In this document: piece after piece, positions 16,950-26,504 of the stretch | How positions within the stretch are numbered: position 1 is the stretch's first letter | How the letters are laid out: each line of letters starts with the position of its first letter | Virus record (IMG/VR): IMGVR_UViG_3300037234_000187 | Location: 1-50,726 of that record | Direction: 5' to 3' (one strand) | Source: a virus | Lineage: Duplodnaviria; Caudoviricetes | Length of the DNA: 50,726 nt | Program-made: the position numbers and the translations under genes | Notes under the pieces: generated by a model | What the model was told of the DNA's origin: nothing | The model's input: only the letters and a program-made list of their open reading frames with translations | Database searches by the model: none

Positions 16950-16975
16950 GTAATCGAGTCAACAAAGGAGAAATT

Positions 16976-17503
16976 ATGAAACTAGAACCATCACTTACTG
17001 AAATACAGAACTACCTAGAGTCTAAACTTGCATCATGCATTCAACGGCGAGACGGCGCAGCAGATACACATGTTGCGGCAGCCAATGGTGGTCAGATATG
17101 TGTACTTAAAGAAATGATGAACTACCTTAAAGACCATGTGGTCGATATGCCGGTGATTGGCGACATCATGTACAATGATAAAACACTGGATGAAAACATA
17201 ATCACATGTACCGGACGTGTGAATGGGTACAAGGCACAGGTGGCTAGATATCAAAGATCACTAACTAAGGTCGCAAAGGAACTAGATAATCTAAAAGAGG
17301 AGAAGAAGGCACTAGAGGACATAGACAGTATTCCAATTTCAGATCACGCCTACCGTAGATACTTTGAAAGAGTACTGGGCTATGACATGAAACAGGTGGA
17401 CTCGGAGATCAAATCCAGGGTCGGTAGTAATGATAAGAGATTTAAAATTGCCATACGTAACCAAGAAATTAAAACGATAATAGTTAAATACCCTAAACAA
17501 TAA
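16976..17503 (+). CDS. Hypothetical protein with coiled coil and ISDHA..RY.ER motif
   Basis: 175 aa, AAGGAG RBS. Confidence 0.8.
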   Translation: MKLEPSLTEIQNYLESKLASCIQRRDGAADTHVAAANGGQICVLKEMMNYLKDHVVDMPVIGDIMYNDKTLDENIITCTGRVNGYKAQVARYQRSLTKVAKELDNLKEEKKALEDIDSIPISDHAYRRYFERVLGYDMKQVDSEIKSRVGSNDKRFKIAIRNQEIKTIIVKYPKQ

Positions 17504-17516
17504 CAAAGGAACAATA

Positions 17517-18044
17517 ATGACAGAATTCGATAAATTACTAAACATGGTGGACGAGGATAATACCAAATCCCGAGAAATCATGATCAAGAAGAACCACGAT
17601 TACAGTGGTGAAAACCCTGAAGACCCTATGGCGAACTTCAATGCCGTTGAAGGGTTACTGGGTGTCTCAGCTGAAGTTGGGCAGATGGTACGCATCCAGG
17701 ACAAAATGTCTAGGATAGGCAACTTCCTCAAGGCTGGTAATCTGAAGGTATCTGACGAGAGTGTGGAAGACACTATATTGGATGCCATCAACTACCTGAG
17801 ACTTCTGAAGTTCAGGATGTCACAGCGCAAACTAGATAAGCCAAAATCCAACCCACGGGAAGACGCAATGAAAGCGGTAACTGCTGCACAATCTATTGGC
17901 ATTCTTACATCCGCGGATGATGGAGCAGCAGACATCTCCCAAACTTACCCAGCCAGCACTAAGTTTAAATTCTGTGGAAATACTGGTTTGAAATTAACCC
18001 TATGTCCATGTAACGACTGTTTAAAACGATCAACTGGAGGTTAA
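17517..18044 (+). CDS. DUF1599 / nucleotide-modification-associated domain 1 (all-alpha NTP-PPase-like) protein
   Basis: KKNHDYS, NF, RIQDKMSRI, DESVEDTILDAINY; C-terminal C..C.C..C. Confidence 0.8.
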   Translation: MTEFDKLLNMVDEDNTKSREIMIKKNHDYSGENPEDPMANFNAVEGLLGVSAEVGQMVRIQDKMSRIGNFLKAGNLKVSDESVEDTILDAINYLRLLKFRMSQRKLDKPKSNPREDAMKAVTAAQSIGILTSADDGAADISQTYPASTKFKFCGNTGLKLTLCPCNDCLKRSTGG

Positions 18045-18046
18045 AG

Positions 18047-18940
18047 ATGCTATTTGATAAATTTCAACACATTAAGAAATGGGGCGACCCCATGGTAAAG
18101 AACGTGGAGCTAGGTGAGTGCCTAGTCTTCCCTAAGATCGATGGAACCAACGCTTCTGTCTGGTTGGGTAATGATATCACACTACGTGCGGGATCTCGTA
18201 CACGGGAACTGTCATTGGACAAGGACAATGCTGGATTTTACGCTTGGGCTCGTAGACAATCTCATTTGTTGGACTTCCTCATCGCCAATTCAGATATGAG
18301 ACTATTTGGTGAATGGCTCGTCCCACATTCCCTGAAATCCTACCGTGATGATGCTTGGAGAAACTTCTACGTGTTTGACGTTAAGGTTGGTGACACATAT
18401 CTACCTTATGAGGAGTATGCCCCACTTCTAGAGGCTGCTGGCATTGAATACATCATGCCGATTGCTACAATCAAGAACGGCAGCTACGAGCAGTTTGTAC
18501 ACCAATTGCAGCATAATACATATCTAATTCAGGACGGACAGGGTTCTGGTGAAGGTATTGTGATCAAGAACTACAAATTCCGTAACCGAAACATGGATCA
18601 GCAGTGGGCCAAGATCGTAACATCCGAGTTCAAAGAAAAGCATTTCCGTGCGATGGGTGCGAATGAGGTTGACGGTGCCAAGATGGTAGAAGAGACTATC
18701 ACCAAGGACTACTGCACACAAGCCCTATGTGAAAAGGTTAAGGCTAAGATCGAGCTAGACCGTGGTGAGTGGACTAAACGATGTATCCCGCAATTAATGT
18801 CCACAGTCTTATATGATATTATCAATGAAGACATGTGGGCCATACTGAAGGAGCATAAAAACCCTACAATCAACTTCGCCACACTTCGATATCTGGTACA
18901 GGCCCAGATCCGTGAACATTTACCTGAGGTATTTAGATGA
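18047..18940 (+). CDS. RNA ligase (Rnl2-like nucleotidyltransferase)
   Basis: Motif I KIDGTN, GSR, FGEW, FDV, EGIVIK, AKIV..EF.E. Confidence 0.88.
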   Translation: MLFDKFQHIKKWGDPMVKNVELGECLVFPKIDGTNASVWLGNDITLRAGSRTRELSLDKDNAGFYAWARRQSHLLDFLIANSDMRLFGEWLVPHSLKSYRDDAWRNFYVFDVKVGDTYLPYEEYAPLLEAAGIEYIMPIATIKNGSYEQFVHQLQHNTYLIQDGQGSGEGIVIKNYKFRNRNMDQQWAKIVTSEFKEKHFRAMGANEVDGAKMVEETITKDYCTQALCEKVKAKIELDRGEWTKRCIPQLMSTVLYDIINEDMWAILKEHKNPTINFATLRYLVQAQIREHLPEVFR

Positions 18941-19230
18941 TTAAAGTTATCCCAAATTATAGTATCATTGTCCCTTGCCACCATTGTGCCAGTAGAAACC
19001 AATTAGCAGACTACCGGAAATCTCAATGCACCGAATGTGGTCGAGATGTATTCCATGAAGGGCAAACGAATGAAATTAAGTCCAAGATTTGGGCTCTAAA
19101 TTTCACCAATTGGCTATTGTCACCCGTTGCATGGCTGGCATCTAAATTGGATAGCATTGAAGTCGTAAAAGGTGTAGCCTTCTACGAGTACCGTGACGGC
19201 AAGTTCAACGTGGACATTAGGCGTGTCTAG
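18937..19230 (+). CDS. Zinc-ribbon hypothetical protein
   Basis: CHHC...CTEC; ATGA coupling. Confidence 0.7.
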   Translation: MIKVIPNYSIIVPCHHCASRNQLADYRKSQCTECGRDVFHEGQTNEIKSKIWALNFTNWLLSPVAWLASKLDSIEVVKGVAFYEYRDGKFNVDIRRV

Positions 19231-19723
19231 GGTATTTACAATTTCAGACCTACATCTTGGCCACGGAAACGTGGCTAGGTTGAGAGGCTTTGAGAACGTG
19301 GAGTGCCAATTCATAATGTTACGTAGACATTGGAATGAAGCTGTACATCCTAAAGATCTAGTGTTGATCTTGGGTGACATCACTTTGGAGACTCCCGTGT
19401 TCTACGAAATGTTGGATCACCTGAATGGCCGTAAGAAAGTTGTGATGGGTAATCACGATAGCCCTAAACACTGTCGTAAGTTACTGGAGCATGTCGAGCA
19501 GGTTTGTGGTTCAATTGAATATAAGCGAGGAGTAATCCTAACCCATATCCCGATCCATGAATCGCAGATGGGAAGGTTCTGGCTGAATATCCACGGGCAC
19601 GTACACTCGGAAAGTCTAGATGATAATCGATATGTGAATGTAAGTGCTGAGGCTGTAGATTACACCCCAGTTGACATTCACCAATTAATTAAAAGGAGTA
19701 AAGATGATCGTAAGAATCTATAG
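19223..19723 (+). CDS. Calcineurin-like metallophosphoesterase
   Basis: SDLHLGH, LGD, GNHD, THIP, HGHVH; likely GTG start 19223. Confidence 0.92.
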   Translation: MSRVFTISDLHLGHGNVARLRGFENVECQFIMLRRHWNEAVHPKDLVLILGDITLETPVFYEMLDHLNGRKKVVMGNHDSPKHCRKLLEHVEQVCGSIEYKRGVILTHIPIHESQMGRFWLNIHGHVHSESLDDNRYVNVSAEAVDYTPVDIHQLIKRSKDDRKNL

Positions 19724-20090
19724 GGGATTACCTGGATCGGGCAAGACCACAGAAGCTAAGAAGAATTCTGGGTTCCATATCGAGGAAGATATGCTTCACA
19801 TTAAAAATGGGATATATACCTTCAGATCTGACAAGGTTAAAGATGCGCATGACTGGTGCCATAATCAATTTATGGCTGCATTGGCCAACAACATGGATGT
19901 ATCTATTTCCAATACGTTCACCCGTAGGTGGGAATTCGAGAGGTATATATATCTAGCAGAAAGGTGCGAGGCATCCGTAATCGTATACCGAATGACCGGG
20001 GAATATGGTAGCGTACACGGTGTACCCGATGACGTGTTTGCCAAGATGGAAGAGCGGTTCGAGGATTTTAAAGGGGAGATATTCATATGA
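19704..20090 (+). CDS. Polynucleotide kinase-like P-loop protein (AAA_33)
   Basis: RGLPGSGKTT, AHDWC, SNTFTRRWE, HGVP. Confidence 0.88.
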   Translation: MIVRIYRGLPGSGKTTEAKKNSGFHIEEDMLHIKNGIYTFRSDKVKDAHDWCHNQFMAALANNMDVSISNTFTRRWEFERYIYLAERCEASVIVYRMTGEYGSVHGVPDDVFAKMEERFEDFKGEIFI

Positions 20091-20314
20091 TAATGGATGC
20101 AGACTTCCACGGTGACGGTGGGACGTTACAAGCCATTGGCGGTGACTATACTGAATCTGAATTCCTTGAGTACGGTAAAGATTCACGTAAGATATCAAGA
20201 CAGATCATTATGACCATAGATGAGATGTCAGTCGCGGCTAAACTTAGCGGTGTTAGTAGATCCGAACTTATTAAACTGGTTACTCAGACTGCGGCTAGGT
20301 TGGGTATGAAGTGA
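20087..20314 (+). CDS. Small putative DNA-binding protein
   Basis: AKLSGVSRSELI resembles RHH/HTH. Confidence 0.55.
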   Translation: MIMDADFHGDGGTLQAIGGDYTESEFLEYGKDSRKISRQIIMTIDEMSVAAKLSGVSRSELIKLVTQTAARLGMK

Positions 20315-20760
20315 ACGGATTAAAAAATCGACTAAAAAAGAAGTCAACCAAGAAACCCCGTAATGATTTCGAGCATATCTACCAATGTAGGATCATGGTG
20401 TGGAGGGATTTAAACCTCCACAACTGGCCCAATCTCTGGTTACTACACTCGATACCAAATGGTGGTAAAAGATCGGTTACAACGGCTGTGAGCCTTAAAA
20501 ACGAGGGTGTCTTGTCTGGAGTATGTGATCTATTCTTACCAGTAGCTCGATGTGGGTATCACGGGCTCTACATAGAAATGAAGCACGATAAGGTGAAACC
20601 CAAGAGCGTTATCTCGGCAACACAGAAGAAATTCCTTGCAGCGACAGCAGAAGAGGGTTATCTTTCTAAAGTGTGCTACAACGATACACAAGCAATAAAC
20701 TTAATTGAGGAATATATAAGTGGAAAATATAATAAGAGAACTCCAGGTTACGAACTCTAA
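20311..20760 (+). CDS. VRR-NUC domain nuclease (putative resolvase)
   Basis: HSIPNGG, GVLSGVCDL, LYIEMK, SATQKKF, EGY. Confidence 0.9.
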   Translation: MNGLKNRLKKKSTKKPRNDFEHIYQCRIMVWRDLNLHNWPNLWLLHSIPNGGKRSVTTAVSLKNEGVLSGVCDLFLPVARCGYHGLYIEMKHDKVKPKSVISATQKKFLAATAEEGYLSKVCYNDTQAINLIEEYISGKYNKRTPGYEL

Positions 20761-22069
20761 AAATGAGAAACATGAAATTCTGGAAAAACACAAAGACAAC
20801 AAGTTGTTCCAAGAAATCCTAAAGGCTACTTACACTAAACAGATCACATATGGTGTAGGTCGATCCGTGCTGGATGCCGATCTGGATAAAGGCCCGTATG
20901 AATTGACATCCAATACTTGGGTACACGTACACCGACTATTGACTGCACTAAGTGGGGGATTGTCTGGAGGTGGTGCCGGTAATAAAGTACTAGAGGTTCT
21001 ACGCGCTTTCCGCAAAGATTCACAAGATATTGTACGTAATATACTACTTCGCGACCAGAAGTGCGGGATCTCGGCCAAGTCAATCAATAAGGTTTTTGGT
21101 AAGAATTTCATACCTGCAGTACCGTACATGGGATGTACACCATATTCCAAGAAGAAGGTGGACAATCTATTCGCAAAACATGATTACTTGATCTCTCAGG
21201 TGAAAATGGATGGGTTATTCTGTAATGCCGTTAATTCCAACAGTGGTGAGCTAAGTATGCAAACCAGACAGGGTACCGAATTCGGGCAGAACTTTATTGA
21301 TTACTTCAAAATCCTAGAGGATTGTCTGAGTGGATTAGTATTTAACGGTGAGTTCACTATACCTGGAATGGATCGGCAAACATCCAATGGATTGATTAAT
21401 AGTTATGTGAAGAATCCAGAACTACCCATAGTTCATAATATTGTCTACACTGTCTGGGATATACTAGATATCAATGAGTATGAATCAGGTCAGTCAGAGG
21501 TTAACTATGAATACCGATTAGGCGCGGTGCAGATCGAGCTAGGGAACATTCAGTCGAACAAGATTAAACTCATTGAGTCCAAATATGTACGAACAGTAGC
21601 CGAAGCCCACTCACATTTCGCAGAAATGGTTAAGCGTGGTGAAGAAGGTACTGTACTGAAAGCACCAGATGGTGAATGGGTTGATAAGAAACCAGTATGG
21701 CAGATCAAATTCAAACCTGAGGAATTTTATGACCTCAAGATAGTAGGATTCAATTATGGGAAGAAGGGAACTAAGAATGAGCATCGCATTTCCTCACTAC
21801 TTGTCACAGATGCCAATGAGTGTGTTACCGCCAGAGCCCAGGGACTCAAAGAAGGCCAGATGGAAGACATCACAGCCAACCAAGATTACTACATGGGGAA
21901 AGTTGCGATTATCAAGTGTAACGGCCTTAGCAGTGATCGAGACGGCAATTATTCACTTATGTCACCAGTGTATACGGGCCTGCACGAGTCTAAATCCGAG
22001 CCAAACACATTTGAAGAATGTAAAGAAATTCACGAAATGAATTTAGGTATTGACAATTTAGAGAAATAA
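20720..22069 (+). CDS. ATP-dependent DNA ligase
   Basis: T4-like N-terminal domain, KMDG, FNGEF, WD, EGTVLK, IKFK, OB-fold. Confidence 0.93.
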   Translation: MENIIRELQVTNSKNEKHEILEKHKDNKLFQEILKATYTKQITYGVGRSVLDADLDKGPYELTSNTWVHVHRLLTALSGGLSGGGAGNKVLEVLRAFRKDSQDIVRNILLRDQKCGISAKSINKVFGKNFIPAVPYMGCTPYSKKKVDNLFAKHDYLISQVKMDGLFCNAVNSNSGELSMQTRQGTEFGQNFIDYFKILEDCLSGLVFNGEFTIPGMDRQTSNGLINSYVKNPELPIVHNIVYTVWDILDINEYESGQSEVNYEYRLGAVQIELGNIQSNKIKLIESKYVRTVAEAHSHFAEMVKRGEEGTVLKAPDGEWVDKKPVWQIKFKPEEFYDLKIVGFNYGKKGTKNEHRISSLLVTDANECVTARAQGLKEGQMEDITANQDYYMGKVAIIKCNGLSSDRDGNYSLMSPVYTGLHESKSEPNTFEECKEIHEMNLGIDNLEK

Positions 22070-22078
22070 GAGTATATT
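22050..22078 (+). promoter_or_regulatory. Sigma70-like promoter at ligase 3' end
   Basis: TTGACA-17-TATATT. Confidence 0.7.
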
Positions 22079-22080
22079 GA

Positions 22081-22181
22081 AGTAGTACCGAAGAGTGCTC
22101 TCTCACTCCGGTAGTACTTACAATATAAAATCATTTTGAAACCACCTACTGCTCATCTGGGGCTTGGGTGGTTTTTTTTTT
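22081..22181 (+). ncRNA. Candidate ~100-nt small RNA
   Basis: Promoter, then hairpin TACCG-aa-GAGTG ctctct CACTC-CGGTA, then terminator; no ORF. Confidence 0.45.
22139..22181 (+). terminator. Rho-independent terminator between convergent operons
   Basis: AAACCACCT...GGGTGGTTT followed by a T run. Confidence 0.85.
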
Positions 22182-22183
22182 AT

Positions 22184-22603
22184 CTATTTGAGCTCAAAAT
22201 GGCACAGATCATCGAAACTTTGATCAGTGAGTATTTCACCATCACCATCCCAGTTACCACCCCACCTAATTTCCACACCTAATTGCTTTCCGGCAGCTAT
22301 GATAAACCCAGCCACCATCGACAGGTTACACAGATCGTATGCCAGCTTAGGTTTTCGTGGCACACATATTGCTATGTCAACGGCCTTTGATGGGTTGTAG
22401 TTATGTTTACCCTTCTTATGGAATCCGTCAATCTTAGATCTACCCTGGTCGAAGAGGGCTTTTTGCCTCTCTGCCGATCTATGGGACTCAGTGATCTTAA
22501 AATCTACAGGGGACCAAGATAATGCCAGATTAAGAACACGCACTAAATCAAAGTGTGTAGACTTTAGATATATCTTAGATCTATTTCCCCATTTATGAGC
22601 CAT
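22184..22603 (-). CDS. Endolysin, M15 family L-Ala-D-Glu peptidase
   Basis: RSAERQKALF, KH.....AVD, IRWGGNW, DLCHFE. Confidence 0.92.
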   Translation of the reverse strand: MAHKWGNRSKIYLKSTHFDLVRVLNLALSWSPVDFKITESHRSAERQKALFDQGRSKIDGFHKKGKHNYNPSKAVDIAICVPRKPKLAYDLCNLSMVAGFIIAAGKQLGVEIRWGGNWDGDGEILTDQSFDDLCHFELK

Positions 22604-23379
22604 TATAATAGTACCGCAGTTTTGAGTACTACATACGTCACCTGAATATCCTCAATACTGAAATTAACCCCGATATCCGAGACAATAATATTAAAGATAC
22701 CAGTCCCTGTAACAGAGTGGACATCACTATTCCCATATGTGGCAGTTACTTCATCTGCTGCGTTATTCACTGCCAGTGCGACAGGGGCTATACTTGTCCC
22801 ATCCTCATCGGAAGACAACACAGCACCCGAATTTACACCATTGGTGTGGATTGTAGCACTAAGCATAACCTGTACAAGAGATCCAAAAGGTAGTCCTGAA
22901 TTCCAAGAAAGGGCGGGGATTAGCCCAGCACCTGTATATGGTCCAGCCTCACTCAATCTCTTAATATCATCGATAACTTCGGTAGCATTGAGCTTGGATT
23001 TGGTTACAGCCCCATCCTCAATCTTACTCTGGGTGACGGATGTAGACTGTAACTTACTCTCAGATACTGAAAAATCCTCAATCTCATTGGTCGTGACTGC
23101 ACCACTGGCAAGTTGTGGAGTATCTACCGAGTTATCGGAAAGAGCACTATTGCCAATAGCAGCAGATTCAAAAATAGCTACGGCCATCTGATTGAAAGGA
23201 TCTGTCCCAGAGGATGATGCTGGAACCATACTAGCCTTAGCCAGAATATTCTCACACTCTTTAATCCAAGATGTGGACCATTCGCCCATCATAGTGGACC
23301 CAGGGGCTCCTGAGGTTTCAGCTTGGGTGCGAAAGTACTTAGGATCTGCGCCCATATTCGGGCCTTCGTTATAATGCAT
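22603..23379 (-). CDS. Putative short tail fibre / virion protein
   Basis: N-terminal fibre-like segment; ~10-aa repeats (AVTTNEIEDF, SVSESKLQST, SVTQSKIEDG, AVTKSKL). Confidence 0.6.
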   Translation of the reverse strand: MHYNEGPNMGADPKYFRTQAETSGAPGSTMMGEWSTSWIKECENILAKASMVPASSSGTDPFNQMAVAIFESAAIGNSALSDNSVDTPQLASGAVTTNEIEDFSVSESKLQSTSVTQSKIEDGAVTKSKLNATEVIDDIKRLSEAGPYTGAGLIPALSWNSGLPFGSLVQVMLSATIHTNGVNSGAVLSSDEDGTSIAPVALAVNNAADEVTATYGNSDVHSVTGTGIFNIIVSDIGVNFSIEDIQVTYVVLKTAVLL

Positions 23380-23534
23380 TATTCTTCCTTAGTTTCAACG
23401 GGTGGGAAACATTTAACATGTGCAGCCTTCAAACCTGTGGCCATAAACTGGTGTTCTTTCCCAGTAAGTTGCACACGCTCGCTCAATAGATTATTCAGCG
23501 ACTCAAACCATGCTTGTAATTCTTTATCTTCCAT
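23379..23534 (-). CDS. Small hypothetical protein
   Basis: ATG 23534 with AAGGAG RBS. Confidence 0.6.
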   Translation of the reverse strand: MEDKELQAWFESLNNLLSERVQLTGKEHQFMATGLKAAHVKCFPPVETKEE

Positions 23535-23565
23535 TATGAACTCCTTTGTTCCGAATAATATAAAT

Positions 23566-23823
23566 CTAGTCTGAACTACGGATACTCTCACCAGCTTCGA
23601 TGAATGCTTTCCCTAGATCAGAATTCTGCCATCCGTCCTTCTGCAATCGGATCAAAGCCTTAGTGAAAGCGAACCCGAACTTAATACCTAACTCGATTAA
23701 TAAACCTTTCATATTAGGCTCCTCTGCTTTAGGCACGATGGCCTCTGTTAACTCTTTCTCCAACCTAGTTTCTAATCTAGCTTGAACCCTTCTCTTTAGG
23801 AATTTCCCAAATCTTGTTTTCAT
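23566..23823 (-). CDS. Hypothetical protein
   Basis: ATG 23823 with AAGGAGG RBS. Confidence 0.65.
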   Translation of the reverse strand: MKTRFGKFLKRRVQARLETRLEKELTEAIVPKAEEPNMKGLLIELGIKFGFAFTKALIRLQKDGWQNSDLGKAFIEAGESIRSSD

Positions 23824-23833
23824 ATCTTCCTCC

Positions 23834-26503
23834 TTAAAATTCACTTAGCCTTAATGCCTTAATATCTACCGTAATAACGCCAACACCTGTTTGACTTATT
23901 TCAAAAACCCCATTTCCCGATATGGCTTGATTAGCTATTACAAACATACCTGCACCCATTTGATTTGCTAATGTGTATGAATCATTAGTACCAACAGTAA
24001 CTAAAAGTGTTACCGCTTGGCTTGTTGCTCCATTTGCAGATAGAGTTACATTATAAACCCCATTAGCCCACCCACTAAAGTTATACTTTACATTTGAAGG
24101 GGTTGATGTATCAATTGAGAATATATTTTTAGCTACTACAAGATCATCAAAGCAAGTTACCTGCTCTGTAAAATCAGCAGTCGTGCCTGTTAGTGCCCCT
24201 TGAAATTCAGCAACCCCTGTAAATACATGCCCAGTTGCGTGACTAATTGTATGCCTAGCATCTTCATCATTATCTGAGTTATATGCCCTTAGACTAAGGT
24301 CTTGCCCGTCACGGGCTGTGTGGATCGCTCCACCAGAATCTATATATAAAGATTGAAATAATGTCGTGTAGTTCTCATGCCCGACACTGCAAGCTACTGA
24401 ACTACTAGGCCATTCTCCAGCCATGAAATTACCAGCTTTTACATAGCCAACCATGTCAAGATTACCATCCATGGTTTCAGTGCCAGAATTGGTAGATCGA
24501 ACGTAGCTATCTAAATCCGTAGCAGTGGCGTAAAAACTTGGTAACTCACCACCTAATTTGTCAGAATCAAGCGAATCGTCTGCTTTTGCATGTAATCCAA
24601 GATAATTAGCGTTAGCGTATGATAGTGTAACCCCATCTTGTGCTAGTGTTGGATCAGCAAAATCTACCTTCCCAGTAAATGAAGCAATTGTACCAGATAT
24701 TTTACTAGCTGCATTAATATTTCCAGAGCCAGCTATTAAGCTAATGTCTCTATTTAAGTATGAGACTATTCTTACATCATTATCGGCTAGATTTGATCCA
24801 ATATATCCGTAATCGGTTGCGCCTTGATTGAATTGGATGTAATTATTTGCAGCAGTTCCACCAGCTCCGATCCGTAGAGCTTCGCCAACCTTACTAGCCG
24901 ATAACATCCCGACCATAGTTTGAGCAGTTGCGGAGGTTTTTGAAACGTAATTACCAGAAACCTCAGAATCTAATTCACCAATTGCTGCCTGAACATCCGT
25001 ACTTGATATAGTGCCAACGGGTGTAAAACTTACATTGGTTGCCGTTGTTTGCGCTGGGGCTGGAACACCCGCAAAGCTTGCACGACTTCCGTAGATAGGG
25101 GTTATCTGCTCTAGTTCAAAATAACTAGTGACCGCTTTAATCGTAACCCTTGCAACAGGTATGAACTCAGCGACTGCCTGATTTAGATCGGCCTTATTTA
25201 ATAATAAAAAATCCTCTAAATGGGCACCAGATGCCGTATTGTAGCTTGCCTGTGGCTGCCACCACATCCATCTGACCTTCTGACCTTCAGCCTCAGCCGT
25301 AGCTGGGATGGCCATTAAGTAAAGATTAGCGTAATTCTGATTACCAATGTTAGACCACACACCTGTTGTCGGGTCTTGGTATTGGGCAGATGTTCCACTT
25401 AGGTGGACGATTTCTAACTCATTTTTAGCAATGCCGACCTCTGTAGCATTAGCTAATTCAATATGGGAATACGGTCCACCAGCTGCCAGAGCAGTAACCA
25501 GTGTCTCAATGTCCTCGTCTTTTAGTATAACTTGGGTAGCACCTGGCCGCCTATCTGCTTCGGTTGAGCTATCCAAGACATACCCATTAACCGTTCCACC
25601 GTCTAGTGTCTTAGTTGATCTAAAAGTACCGTTAAGGGTGTGTATGTCCTCATGTGTGTTCCATTCAATCAACCCATGCACTTCACGTAATGAGATGTAG
25701 TCAGTGGAAGACCAGTATTTTGCCCCAAATATCATTACATCCCAAAACTCCCAAATAGTATTAGACCAAGTGAAATTAATACCATCGGTAGAGTACAGTA
25801 ACCACAGTTCAGGTGTGTCGTCATGTGCAGTGGATGTCCACGAAGTTCCTAAATCTGTGTAATTACCTTTCCAAAAATACCTTAGTCGCGTAGGGTGGGT
25901 TATTGTAACTGTTCGGGCTACTGCATCGTAGGTGACAGTAATATTTGCATTATCTTCCCAGCCTGTGCGTTCTTTAGATGCGTCCCATCCCTTCTGTAGT
26001 TCCGTAAGTTGTGCATATCTACCGTCACCGAATAGTCTATTCACGGCACCACCATCAGCTAGGGCATCAGGTACAATCACCTCAGTGCCAGATAGGATGA
26101 TAGGTGTCGTACTTGAAACTATAAGTGGGTTCACCTTCCCTAAGTACGAACCAGACATGGCCTTAATGTAGCCACGTACCACACTAGCATTGTCTTTGAA
26201 CGTGAAGTCAATGTCTTGACCAGCTAATTTGTTGTAGCCTACGGACAATGTTTCACCAGCACTCAGGTTCTTGTCAACCTTAAGACTACCACGGGCTATC
26301 TGTTCTCCAGTGTTATTCAGATCATAGAATCTACCGAAATCTAATTCTGTGAGTACACGATACCCTTTCTCATATATCTCCCAAAAGTCCACGGGTTTAA
26401 ACGTATCTTTAGTACCGATACGGCTACCATTATTTATAAATAACTTAGACGCTTCCTGAATATCCGTCCAGTAGACATCTAATTGAAAATCACCTGCTGC
26501 CAT
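23834..26503 (-). CDS. Tail fibre / receptor-binding protein
   Basis: 889 aa G/S/T/A-rich, downstream of baseplate genes; DSDKLGG, STDVQAAIGELD fibre motifs. Confidence 0.8.
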   Translation of the reverse strand: MAAGDFQLDVYWTDIQEASKLFINNGSRIGTKDTFKPVDFWEIYEKGYRVLTELDFGRFYDLNNTGEQIARGSLKVDKNLSAGETLSVGYNKLAGQDIDFTFKDNASVVRGYIKAMSGSYLGKVNPLIVSSTTPIILSGTEVIVPDALADGGAVNRLFGDGRYAQLTELQKGWDASKERTGWEDNANITVTYDAVARTVTITHPTRLRYFWKGNYTDLGTSWTSTAHDDTPELWLLYSTDGINFTWSNTIWEFWDVMIFGAKYWSSTDYISLREVHGLIEWNTHEDIHTLNGTFRSTKTLDGGTVNGYVLDSSTEADRRPGATQVILKDEDIETLVTALAAGGPYSHIELANATEVGIAKNELEIVHLSGTSAQYQDPTTGVWSNIGNQNYANLYLMAIPATAEAEGQKVRWMWWQPQASYNTASGAHLEDFLLLNKADLNQAVAEFIPVARVTIKAVTSYFELEQITPIYGSRASFAGVPAPAQTTATNVSFTPVGTISSTDVQAAIGELDSEVSGNYVSKTSATAQTMVGMLSASKVGEALRIGAGGTAANNYIQFNQGATDYGYIGSNLADNDVRIVSYLNRDISLIAGSGNINAASKISGTIASFTGKVDFADPTLAQDGVTLSYANANYLGLHAKADDSLDSDKLGGELPSFYATATDLDSYVRSTNSGTETMDGNLDMVGYVKAGNFMAGEWPSSSVACSVGHENYTTLFQSLYIDSGGAIHTARDGQDLSLRAYNSDNDEDARHTISHATGHVFTGVAEFQGALTGTTADFTEQVTCFDDLVVAKNIFSIDTSTPSNVKYNFSGWANGVYNVTLSANGATSQAVTLLVTVGTNDSYTLANQMGAGMFVIANQAISGNGVFEISQTGVGVITVDIKALRLSEF

Positions 26504-26504
26504 A

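Noticed and set aside
23834-26503. Diversity-generating retroelement or invertible fibre segment
   Set aside because: No reverse transcriptase, invertase or template/variable repeat pair seen in the window.
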